A DNA stretch of 61,061 bases, filler included, from Platydemus manokwari (lineage: Eukaryota): NCBI GenBank assembly GCA_037951405.1. It is 5 parts of 5 records of this genome, joined end to end, with 100 filler letters (N's around TTAATTAATTAA, not from the genome) between each part and the next. Parts side by side here need not be neighbours in the genome. Positions count along the whole stretch, not along the records: positions 1 to 14,665 come from JBBMOY011420311.1; positions 14,766 to 25,838 come from JBBMOY010931085.1; positions 25,939 to 36,844 come from JBBMOY011071076.1; 2 more parts are not named here. One strand, 5' to 3'. The first letter of the stretch is position 1, and every line of letters starts with the position of its first letter. A model generated the notes under the pieces. That model was given only the letters and a program-made list of their open reading frames with translations, did not search any database and had not been told where the DNA came from. Of the stretch, positions 14,543 to 26,840 are shown one piece after another. The position numbers were made by a program, and so were the translations under genes.

Positions 14543-14837
14543 CCAGGTTGAGTCAAAAGTTATTCATGTTTTTATAGAGGTATTTTACTAACACAAATTG
14601 TTATAACGCTGAACATATTATTCCTCGAAGTACAGTCCATCATTTTCAATGACTCGAAGCCATCTNNNNNNNNNNNNNNNNNNNNNNNNNNNNNNNNNNN
14701 NNNNNNNNNTTAATTAATTAANNNNNNNNNNNNNNNNNNNNNNNNNNNNNNNNNNNNNNNNNNNNGTTCAGCGTTATAACAATTTGTGTTAATAAAATAC
14801 CTGCATAAAAACATGAATAACTTTTGACTCAACCTGG
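14543..14837 (-). mobile_element. Mariner-type transposon ends: 72-bp inverted arms with flanking TA, and a transposase C-terminus
   Basis: 14543-14614 and 14766-14837 are reverse complements with 3 mismatches, beginning TA|CCAGGTTGAGTCAAAAG. Minus strand 14665-14618 reads RWLRVIENDGLYFEE*, a typical mariner C-terminus. Confidence 0.8.
14666..14765. other. Artificial contig spacer (44N-TTAATTAATTAA-44N)
   Basis: The same 100-nt structure occurs four times; the 12-mer carries stops in all six frames. Confidence 0.97.
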
Positions 14838-17620
14838 TATAAATATAATTTATATCACATCCCATTTTTGCAAGATATGCCAGATAAGACTGTGGGGAAC
14901 ACATGGGAAAGCTTCAATAATATAATTAAAAGTAATAATCAAGAAAGAACGGTCTAGATAATTTCATTCTAATCGCTGTACAGGAGGTCATCCTAACCTT
15001 GTATCGAGTTGGAGACCGAAGAAAAGACAGTGCAAATTAGCAATTTTATAAACTTGTCAGCGTGTAATGAGAAAGAAGTACAGAAATATTCATTCAGTGA
15101 TGAAGAGGAACAGTAAGCAAGTGTTCTTCAATTTCTCTTGACCTCGAGATCGAAGACGGATCTGATGAGGGAAAAATCGTTCGCAGATAATTTTTCGGTG
15201 AAAATCCATACTTCTTTCTCATTTGAGGATCGCAAGACAATAACAGATGGAAAAACAGTCTTGCTAAAATCTGGATGAAAAGAAATCCCGAGCAGTAGCA
15301 GCAGCTTATAGATTCAAAAGTTTCTATTAGGAAAAAGATTTAGTAAAAGTCCCTCAGCGAGAGTCGAATAAATAGCCTTTTCCGCATACTCTTTGAGAAG
15401 TGAGAAACACTCTGTGTGTGTCAAGGTGGGATCATAATATCCGTCGAGCATTCAGTTTTTCGCATTGGCACAGAATGTGGTAATTATAATTATAATTAAT
15501 GTAATTGGTCAAAGTGAAAAATCACAGAATAGGGTGCTTGCACAAAAGACACAATCGAGAGTTGAAGCGTGAAGAACAACTAATCGAACATTATAATTAA
15601 TGCAAGGTGATTAGGAAGAGCGGATTCTGGCATAGTGAAAATAGATAATAGCAGTTCATCATATTGATCATTGAAAAGACCAAAAGATATAAAGTGTCAT
15701 CGTGCCTGTCATAAGTTATATTATGAATCAGATTCGGATCTATTCGGTGATTATTCGACGAGCAATTATTAGTAATTCAGATATACGAATGTCGGAAAGA
15801 AGGTGAATAAAAAGTCATTAACAATTTTATTGTAAAATATTGTACAGCTCAAATAATTGTTGAGATGGTGCCCCAAGCAACAACACCCAAGATAAAATAA
15901 AGGATATAGCTGGACAATGAGGGAAATTGAGCGATATTATAAATCGAGAGACTAAGCACTGATCTGGCTATGTGGTATCTTTGAGGATATCTCGAATATT
16001 AAAATATCAGAAAATTTTTATTATAGAACTGCTATCGCAAAAAAATATTCAGAAGATTTTATTTAACTATGACTAATTTAAATTGAAAATTTTGGAGAAC
16101 ACAATATCTCTTGTATCTGTATTAATCATTATCTGCAGCAGAACAGTGAAATGAAGGCGTTGTTGATAGCAAGACTTCGAGTGATGGAATTTTGTTGTAA
16201 GTTCGATGGAATGGCTGAAAAATTTCAATAAATTATGAGTATTAATTCAACATTATCTAGAAAATTTAAGATATATTAAAAGAAAATTTTCGTGTGGTTC
16301 ATAATTTACATTGGGTTTCCAGAAAATGGTAATTCCAATAAAATAGCTTTTTAGTGTTTGTTGGGAAAACATAAATAGGCAAGTGCTCTACTTTGATAGT
16401 GTGGATATCAAAGATGAAAGAATATCCATGACCATTACCTCATATGATATATACAGTGAAAAAAAATCACGGAAACAGAAATGACAAGACAGGAACCCAC
16501 AAAACCAACTAAGCCCAAATAATACCAGAATCTCAGACAACATCTGAATATAAAAGATCAATAGATACCCGTATAATCTAACGGCAGTTGCCAGTTTGAA
16601 ATGGACTAGAATGAAAAGAAAAGGAACTGGAGAAAGTGGAGCAGTAGCGTGGATTTGAACACTTGAGATCTTCAAAAAATTCGTATTCCAGATACTGCGA
16701 TGTACGAATTCTAAATCTAGATAATGATTCCAGATTCCAATCAAACATTTGTGAATATCTGATAAACATTATGACAGTACTTTCTGATTCTGACGTCTTT
16801 TGTGAAGCATTTGACTCTGTAATTTTCTTACACATCACTACTTGACTACTTTATCATTTGATTATTATCTTTATCTTTGGTGATTATTTGTAAAAATTCA
16901 GATTTCATTGTATATAAATGACTTCCGATGATCTTTGCAAATATACATAAACAATAAATTAATATTTGAGATAAAGCAACTAAACAAAATAATATAATTA
17001 CTAGAATATAATTCAAAAGTAGTATTAGTTAAATTTTTAAAAGTTAAGTTAATAATCATTTTAGATTCATGAAATTTTAAAATATTCCATAAGAATTATG
17101 GTACAATGTACTTAAAATAAAATTTTTTTACTGAATTCTAGTGAATGATCGTAGGTACAAAGTACCCTGCGTCGACGCTAAAAATACGAATTCACTCTTA
17201 AAACTCTGATTCGAAACTTAGAATTTTGGAGCGTGAGATATTAAATTTTTAAATCCAGACCAAAAACTTAAAACTAGTCGTACTTTATTTTTGAGGAGAA
17301 AAATAAAGTTAAGAAACACATTATTGGTTGTGAGCAATTTAAACTGAATTATGAAATTTTATAGATTAAATTTTATATAAAATTTAATATGGTATAAAGA
17401 TGTTTTTGTTTTGACCCAACAATTGATTCACATTGAAAAAACTATGTATACACAACATTCTGTACATTTTTATAACTGTGCATGACTATAAGTAAAATGT
17501 GTTTTTATCTTTATGGTATTAATTTTTATTTAATCAGCATGTATTTTTTATATTTTAATAACTCTTGGAATATTTGAGTGAAACCGAGCTTGAAATATTG
17601 GTATTTATAATAATTATTAT

Positions 17621-19220
17621 TAGGGGTGGTAACGATTAATTTAGTTTTAATAGTTAACTTTTGAAAATTAACGATTAATTAATTTAGATTAAATCATAAA
17701 AACTCTATAGTTGCATTTATTGGCAAATTAACCATATTAAATTAAAAAAAAGTTATGAACAAATGTTCTTGTGGCCTATATGTAACCGGATGACCACCTA
17801 TTCAAACACATGAGCATATCAACGTTATTAGGTTCTAATGGTGACCGCGTCTTATTAACAATGTAGTCCACAGAGCTAAATAATCTTTCTCATGGAATCG
17901 ATGTAGTTGGTATGCATAAGACAGTCTTTGCCAAAAAAGTCAATTTGGCATATTTACGTTCATTTATCTTCCATCATTGTAGTAGATCTATCTAATCTGA
18001 AACTTTTTCTCCATTTCATAACGCAGGCATTAACAGCATCTTCATCGTCTGAGTCAGACTCCATTGACTTAGTACGTTTTTTGCCAAGTCCGTATGTAAT
18101 TCTATTGTCATTGCGTGTACTATTTTATGTATATGTCCCAAATTGATCACCATTCGTATTACCTGTTATTGGTTGTTCAATGTGTAACCAGGTTTGTTCT
18201 TTTGAATCTTCCGATAATCATTTCAAACTTTTATAGCATGGATCAAGTACCTTAGCTATCTGTAGTACTTTAATATTTGCCATATTAGCTACATGCTCTT
18301 TTAAATTATTAATGAATGTTGCTTTGAATTTACCAATGTATCCAGAATTATTATCATTTACGGTCATGTGATTTGTAAAATATGGTAATACACAGCTACA
18401 TGAAACATACTTTTGACCACCAAGCAAGATCATATTCTAACAAAATAAATTTCAAACATTGACATATTTAGAAATCTTATCCCAATCGCAATATAACAAT
18501 TTGGACCTTTATGTTTACTCTTTCCATCTGACATGTAGACGGTCAATGCTTCTCTAGTTTGCAGCATACTTGCAGCAGGATAATAATACTATTCCACCTT
18601 GTGGGAACATCTTGTTGCAAATTACATAATGATGAGACAACAAAGGCCTGTAATCATATTTTATAACGAGGCACAGTGTTTAAAGCGCCCAACATGTTTT
18701 CGAAATTTATCAAATAATGATTCAGTATCAGCCTTTTTAAATCCATGTGATAAGCTTTGCTGGAGGTTATGAGCCAAACAAGGAATATCAGTAAATTTTG
18801 CTTTATTAACAGCTAAAACTATATTACTTGTCATTAATGCCTGAAATTTGTTTGTTAGATTCCAGACTATTACAAATTGATTATATAATTCAACGATATT
18901 ATTAAAATAGTGTCATTCAACAACATTTACACACTCAAGAACAACGGTTTTTAAATTGTAGTCATTGGTGATTCAATGACCAGTAATTCCACAATAACTT
19001 TCATTTCCAACGGAGGTCCAAAAATCAGACGTTAACGAAATTCCCTTTGAATTCATCACTTCTTCTTTAACCCATTGAATCTTGCTGTTATGCATCCCAG
19101 TCAACAAGTTATGAATAGTGCGAATGGAAGGCAATTTATATTCGGTATTTTGAAGCGGTGTACATAATACGTGTTGAAATTCATCATCATCAACTATTGA
19201 TACCTAATACGAAAGGCTGC
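17621..19220 (-). mobile_element. Decayed hAT (Ac/ZBED1-like) DNA transposon
   Basis: Minus-strand motifs in order, with stops and frameshifts: YKLPSIRTI, SLTSDFWTS, IPCLAHNLQ, QQDVPTRWNS, LLGGQKYVS, IAKVLDPCYK, and the C-terminal dimerisation region ERLFSSVDYIVNKTRSPLEPNNVDMLMCL. hAT-like terminus TAGGGGTGGTAACGATTAAT at 17621. Confidence 0.85.
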
Positions 19221-20096
19221 ATTCACAATTAACACTGCCCACAATTATTCTATCACTGAATTCGCAGTTACACGTAAACCAATTATCATATACGGGAGAA
19301 GCCATTATCTCACAATTCAATCAGCGCATGATAAAAGACCATTCAGTACAGAAGGACAGGATTTTTTATATGCCCAGTATCTTACTGGAAGTCCCCAAAG
19401 TAAGATCGATTCTTGTAAAATGCTGACTCATATTATATATTGTATCGTTTATTTCCTATTAGCGAGTTTGTTGTTCAAAAGTCTTGAAAGTTCATTGGTT
19501 TGGCTACGCTAGTGGAAGTAATTTACCGTTTTTTATCCAAGAATTGTTAATGTCCGTTATAAATATAAGTTAATGCATAGTGTAGTTTCAAAATTCATTT
19601 GTAATTTTTATTTTATCATTGTTAATCTGCTTTGTATTTTTGTCAAAATGTGAGCATTCCATACTGTATCAATTAAGGACTAAATTAAAATCAAAGATTA
19701 AATTGAATTAAAATGTTTATAGATTACGCGTTGTATGAAATTAAGTTTGGTATAAAGATTTTTTTGTATAAATCAAAGTTATTTGTTTAAATAATTGTAT
19801 ATAAATATAATTGGATGTCGTGACTTTTCAGTTACTTATCTATGAGTGATTTTTAAAAATAGTATAAAGCAATGAAAATTGATCATGTTAATAATTTACA
19901 ATAGAAACTTATCTATTGCTCGAAAAGATAAGATCTCCTAACTCTATATTTTAAAACATAAAAATAAAATTCTATAGACTGTAGAAGATTCCTTACGTTC
20001 ACAACAAGATAATTATATCAATATGTTTAATAAAATCTTTAAGTATAAATCAATCTGTGTGTATAATAAATTTGATTTCAAAAACAAATTTTATAA

Positions 20097-20306
20097 TGTA
20101 TTTTCCGTACTATAAGGCGTACTACGAAACATTTTTAGGATTTATTAAGGCTTGAATATTTTAAAAAAGATGGTGATGTTGTTAATATTAGTGAATGTGA
20201 CATTTTAGATAATGAAGAGCATTAAATCTTGCTTTACATTTATAGTTTAATTTAATATATTAATCAGTCAACTCATAAGTAGCTTTATAGTTTGGAAAAT
20301 ACGGTA
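20097..20306. mobile_element. Pogo/Tigger-type MITE (~210 bp)
   Basis: Imperfect terminal inverted repeats GTATTTTCCGTACTATAAGGC ... GCTTTATAGTTTGGAAAATACGG|TA; no internal ORF. Confidence 0.6.
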
Positions 20307-22019
20307 AATAATTTGTTATCTTTGCCGAAATATTATGGAGGCGGCAATACACACTATCACAGTAGCTAATTAAAGATTAATAAATCATCTCTCTTTAAGT
20401 ATTTTAATTCTCAATCATCATATGCCAATAGAAAAGTACAAAATATGAAACTTAAATTTAGATATATTAATTTTTAGTTGAACGACTGTAGGTTCAAATA
20501 CTCCTGTGTGCAAATTCAAGTTCTTATGTGATATTGTTGAGAAAAATAACTACTTGATATTGTGAACTTACACCAATTAGCAGACTCACAAAAACCTTGC
20601 AAAAAATTATTAAAGTTTTTATGATTATTCTAATTAATTTTAATCAAATTTAAATGGACAACAGAGCTGTGACCATAAAACAAAATTTAATGTATTCAAA
20701 TATTCAGAAATTACATGATTGATTTTGTGCCACGTATTCATGCATTAGGTGTTCTCATAATTTATATGAAAATTTCCACAATTTTATTTGAGTTTAAAAA
20801 TAAATATTAAGTCATCAATGATTTCCCAAAGAAATAAATTTTCAAAAAATTGAAGAAGGCATGTGAAATCATTAAGCAAAAATAATTTTTACTTGAATAT
20901 AGAAAACAAAAATTACCAGATCAAAAAATAGTCAAAGTGTAATGAGAAAATAATTTTTTTAAAAACTCAAATTTAAGTATAATATGATTATAGTTGAATT
21001 AGTTAAATCATGTTTGATTTGTTTTACTGAATTTACACTAAGAAACTTTAAATTATAAAATTACAAATATCGTGCTCTGATTTTGTCTACAAACTGTGTT
21101 TAAAATTCAAATGGAAGTTTCTCGAATGAATATTGAGAACACGATTATGAAATGAATGAGTTCCATTTAATACAAATATCCTGAAATTTATATACATTCA
21201 CAGTAAATACATCAGTACTTAAAATTTTAGTAAAAGTTCTCACCAAACTTGAGATTGTTACTCAACTTGAATAATTCCGAAATTAAAAATTTTTTTAGTG
21301 AAGTATCCATTTTTCTGTAAATATTGATTCTAATAATATCAATCTACATGATATAAGTAAATAGCACTGGAATATTTTTGATAAGCATCTTCAGATAGCT
21401 ATAAAATGTGTTTTTTAATCAGGCTAGCGTTAACTATGAACCTTTTATTGAAGAATCTCTGTTGTAATGATAATCAGAGGGAGTGAGTGATGCTCGAGTC
21501 ACAAATAAATGAACATCGCGACATGGATAGATATTTGAGATTCTTAATAAATTTAATGTCCCAATAGGCAATGAATTGAGAAACCACATCTTCAAAATAG
21601 ATGTTAAATGAATATTAAAATAAATTAATAAATTGATAATATAAAGTATAATCGATTTTAGTATATTATAAAGTTAGATAAGAATTCCTATCAAACATTG
21701 AAAGAATTTTAATCAGGATTAATGTTATTTAAATCGAAATTTAAACACGATCACACGTATTCTACCAGTTTATACTTTGCTGAACAAATTATACAGTCGG
21801 TACTGTATTAAATTATGAATGTCAAAATAATGAAACAATTGAAATATTACAACTATACACACATTATCAATCGACAATTTCTTCATTAACGATGAAATGC
21901 TTATACACAGTATTTATAGTTATACATAAATGCACGAGATTTTCAGTAGTGATACAATCAATAATCAACGAATATAAATTCACTGCATTGGAGATGCCGA
22001 CTTTATAGTTCAGAAATAT

Positions 22020-24455
22020 CGGAACGGAATTTAGAACTTCTCTAATCTAGTAATTATTATGTCATGGATAATTTAATTTATTCCAGCTAGTATCAAATAA
22101 TTTAAGGAAGGTTATTGATGATATGCTAGTAATCTTGAATGTTATTTTGAAACCCATATCTTTAATTCCCTGTGATTCGAAACATTTCCCACAATCTACG
22201 TGTATTTCCTTGCTCCGTATTTTAATACCCACTGATTCTGAATCACCTTTTCTATTGTTTCCTCGTTTTGTTAATTTATGGAAGTCAATGTAATGTATCT
22301 ACTGAACTGGTCAATTATCGCAAGTATATATTTTTTCCCCTATTCGTTTCTTTAAACGGTCCCCATACATATCGATTTATATTTTTCGAACGGCTCTCTC
22401 GCTTGTAGTTACTTTGGTTCTTCCTTCGTTTTTGCTGTTGTCACATTAGTTTTTTGGTATGCTTCCCACTGACTTATAACTTCTTTGATTTTCTTTCCTA
22501 TGTCTTTCATATCGAAATAATTTTTACATATTGTGTGACTTTTTCCATTCTTGCGTGACACAGCAATTTGTGTGTGTTTTATTATTTCTCTTCTTTTCTC
22601 TACTGGTGGGTCGAAAAAAAATAAAAAATTTACATCATAAAAATAAAATATCTTCAGGAAAATTATCAGTTGAAAATTGGCATACAATAAATAAATTAGC
22701 ATACAATGTGATTCGTTGCTTGTAAAAATTAGCTTCTCGTAAAAATTAGCTTCGTGTAAAAAATAAGGTTCTTGCGTATATGTGAGTAGTCGAAATTGGT
22801 CGCCAACTGTGGGTTGATCGCTGCTTATATATTTTCCTGACTGCTTTGTTTCCAACGTCAGCTATTTTCTCTACATCTGTTACTATTATTAGCAATACTT
22901 AGCAATGCCAAAAATAGTTACAACCCACAAATTTAGTCGATAAAGAACCTAAATTGGGGTAGTTTTTTCTAGAATTGACGTAGTTGCTAATCGTTTTTTT
23001 TGCTGATCGTTTATCAAATGACCTTGAGGTCGAAACTATAATTTAGCTTTTGGAGCAGTCAAACAAATATAATTTTTCATTTATGAAAACATATTTTCTT
23101 TAAATAAATTTTTATGATAAATATATAATTTTTGACCTCATTGTTTTCTTAAATTGGGACTTAATTTGAAAAAAAATTTTATATCTATTTATATTTATTT
23201 TTGGTTATTTTGGTTGGATCAAAATGGCCCGGTTAGTTCCCCACAATACCTTTGTCATTTATGATATGACACAGGAACCTTATTTCCTTTCTCATTATTT
23301 AAAATTTTTCTGGATTAATGCGTAGACTTGCATTTTCTATTCTTTTCATAAGTTCTTCCAGTATCTCGTAGTGTCCTCTATCATTATTGAGAATATTAAT
23401 ATGTTTACCGAATATACCATGGCTTCTTTTTCTCTCATACTCCTTAGTATTTTTGTCATCAATTCTTGAGATGTTTCTGATGCTTATGCGATCCTAAACG
23501 GCATCCGTGTAAAACAGTATTGTCCCTCTTTCTTTCGTTTTTTCTTGTGATTCTTTGTCAAGCTCTACCTGATAATATGCATTTCCTAAGTCTCCGACGT
23601 GAAAAACTTAGACCCGTGTAGGGTGTCTAATAATTCATTTATTTTTGGCATCGGAAGCGCGTGTCTCTCAGTTATTAAGTTTAGTCATCGAAAATTAGGG
23701 CACAATCTTATATCCTTTTTATCTTTTTTCCATATACATACACGTGGCGTATTCCACGGTGAATTGCATTTTCTTATAATGTTCTTTTCTCTAAAATTCT
23801 TGATTGCCTCTTCTATTTTTCTAACTGTCTGTTTTACTAACTTTGTACAACCAAAATGCCAATGTTCTACCGTGAATACGTTACTATTCGCTTATAATAT
23901 TTCCTATACTTTATTCCGCCTTTAATCTTCTATTTCATGTGCTCAAATATTATGAATGATATAAATTTGGACTGACTTCCTAACTTGAGTTTTTTTCTTA
24001 TTCTACCAACAACCTCTAATCTACTATCGTTGGCACATCGTAAACTTTCACTTGTATATTTGATTTCAACTTGTTCGAGTGTCTTTAATATTGTCTTATC
24101 CATCACATTTACTCTTGCCCCCATGTCTAACAAGTATTCAAATTCGTTATTCTCTATTTTTATAGTTATACTCAGTCTCAATTTAATTTTATCATAAAAA
24201 ATCGGGGGAAGCTTTAACTCCTTGATCTTTAATATTCTTACTTCTTTCTGGTCTCCCTGCTCCTCTACCATATTGTCAGTCATCTCCTTCTATATAAATT
24301 TTACCACTTTCCATTGTACTCTCTTTCCTGTTTCTATATCATTGTTGTAACCGGTTACAATTTGTTTTCTACTTTTCATTTTTTTATGTTCTGGACATTG
24401 CCTTGCTAGTTTATTTTAGTTTTTATTTTGTTTATTTTAGGTATCTTGTTCACCA
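22020..24455 (-). mobile_element. Decayed Ty3/Gypsy LTR retrotransposon (zinc knuckle remnant, protease, RT, integrase)
   Basis: Minus strand: PBS-like TGGTGAAC at 24455, LARQCPE (knuckle end), protease LLDMGARVNVM (ORF 23930..24283), RT motifs CNSPWNTP, LLDTLHGSKFF, YCFTRMPF and a degenerate VYSVNILIFS, then integrase REPFEK..ID..GP.KETNRGK..ILAIIDQFSRY and KEIHVDCGKCFES. The PR-RT-IN order indicates Gypsy. Many stops and frameshifts. Confidence 0.88.
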
Positions 24456-24838
24456 TTAGATTTACTGTTTAGAGTATTGCACCGACCCAGGAAATCATTT
24501 CCCATACTGATATAAATTTATAATTATTTATTTAAAAATTTTGATGAGGATATTAATCATTGTATTAACTTTTCAAATTAAATATATCATTGTATTTATT
24601 GTTAAACATCATTCCATTTTGTTATAAAATATTCACACATCTTTTCAATTCAAGAAATCAACAATTAATTAATAAAATTTTAATTAAATTCTGATAATAA
24701 TAATTAAAATCATTTATTGAAAATATGTTTGAAGTTATACATGTGTGTATTTCAAGTTCAATGCAAGTGACCATTCTAACTCAAAGATATCATTGGTGAA
24801 AAAGAGTTTTAAGTGTAATCTATTAAATTTTCTTTTTC

Positions 24839-25578
24839 TCATGTTGTGACATTCGCAGTATATTCAAAGTCTTTTTTGATAATTGTTTTGATACGAAATA
24901 ATTTTCGAAATAATTCAAAATAAGCTTCTCTGAATGATTGGTTTAATAAAAAATAGACTATTGGACCCATAGAGCTATTAGCATGTGCTAAAATGACAGA
25001 TGCAGTGTGGATATACTCATTCAATTGATTATTATAATCTATATTGGAAATAAATCCATAAGGAATCCAAAATACTACATATGTAAAATATAATATAAAT
25101 AATGTTTTCGCCAATTTGAATGATTTAGATTCCGTTGCTTTATTCTGTTTCGTCGACAAGTTGGCAACTTTTAAAGAAACCTTTCGCCAAAATAGAAATA
25201 TTCCCAAATAACAAAATGCAGTCACAATTGTTGGAATTGAAACCCATATACCACTGATCAAGAGAGTAAACATAAGACCAAATCGTCTCTCATAAACACA
25301 GTACATTATTTTCTTATCAAAACTTGGTCTCACCCAACCAAAAAGATCGGTCAGTAATATTGTACTCGGAATTACCCACGTCATTGAACAGTATAAATAG
25401 CATTTTCTCCTTGTAAATAATTTTCGATAATAATTATTTTTCGCGATGAAAATATAACGGTTAATGCCAACGCAACAAATGCTTAATATAGAAGGTAAAC
25501 AACTCATTAAACATACGACTGCGCATAATCTGCAAAACCAAAATCTATTGGCAAAAAATATCTCTCCTTTGACTAAAC
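24839..25578 (-). CDS. Class A GPCR, melatonin-receptor-like; last exon (TM3-TM7 and C-tail), 5' exon(s) missing
   Basis: ORF 24839..25597 with a probable acceptor TTTAG ending at 25579. TM3 Cys and INRY motif, ECL2 YCVY, TM5 CY, TM6 FWIPY, TM7 LAHANSSMGPIVY, helix 8 NQSFREAY. NRY in place of DRY is characteristic of melatonin-type receptors. Confidence 0.85.
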
Positions 25579-25838
25579 CTAAATTAGAGAAAACCAAATA
25601 TAAAGTATGTGAAAAAATTTAAATAAATAATTTTAATAATAATTTAATAATATTTAAATGAAATAAATTGAATAAATAATTTTAATGATTAAATACTACT
25701 TTTAGAAATGAAAAAAATATTTTTGAATTTTATTAAATTATTAAAAAAATTTAATAATAAGTATAGGGTTTTTTGAGTTTTAAAATAAATTTTGCACAAT
25801 TTAAGATAATTATTTACATGAATAAGAGAATTGTTTAA

Positions 25839-25938
25839 NNNNNNNNNNNNNNNNNNNNNNNNNNNNNNNNNNNNNNNNNNNNTTAATTAATTAANNNNNN
25901 NNNNNNNNNNNNNNNNNNNNNNNNNNNNNNNNNNNNNN
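25839..25938. other. Artificial contig spacer
   Basis: 44N-TTAATTAATTAA-44N. Confidence 0.97.
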
Positions 25939-26840
25939 TATTTTTTAATTCTTTAACATGCAAATCCCTTAATATCTCCAAACAAGAAATATATGACTTA
26001 TACCACTTTCATAATAAGGGCACAATTAAATATTTCACACATTGAAAACGGAATATTAAAATAAGAACATAGTTTCATCGGTAAAAATAAAAATCCAATG
26101 ATTTACACATTACATTTTCTGCAACTTTTAAAGACCATAAGAAAATCCTGATGTGTAGTATTGCTACTCAATCCAAAACTATGTTATTATCACAATGTTT
26201 ACATCTATTTTTCAATCATGTGGTAAGTATTTAATTTGATAGCAATAATAAGTATTAAATTCCTAAACAGTTATATTCATTGATTTGTGATTAAATTCCA
26301 TGTCTTGCAAAACTTTCCAATAAAAAGTAGAAATGTATCAACATTATTAATTGCTTCATTAAAACGATTGTAATTGAGAATATCCAAAACACCTTAGATT
26401 AAACGTTAGTAGAAATACAAATTCAAAGACATACAAATACAGTTCAAGTATCACGCAATATTTTAAAATTTCAATATATTGGTAAGAATAATTAATACCA
26501 ACAAGATACATCAACAACAGGGAAGATTTTGGTTACTAAAAATTTTGCCTGATTTAGAAAATTTGGATTACCTAAAATTTCTTCCAAGTAGAACTGCTAA
26601 TTTGTCATAATATAAATACTTGTCAATATTGTCAAAATTGAAGTAAGCTCAGAAGTTCAATTATAATACATAATTAAAAATATTTAATTTAATATCCTTT
26701 CATGAAGTAAATTAATTGATAATAAGATTACAATTGTTATTGTTAATTAGTTCTTAAAGATTAATTTTAATTTCATACAGATAATAAAATTTTTATGAAA
26801 AATGATTAAAATATTAAAATGCATATATATTAAAATATTA

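Noticed and set aside
15100-16000. Possible second LTR-retrotransposon relic (KSGFWH-like, KGYSWT-like fragments)
   Set aside because: Too few and too degenerate motifs to call without a search.
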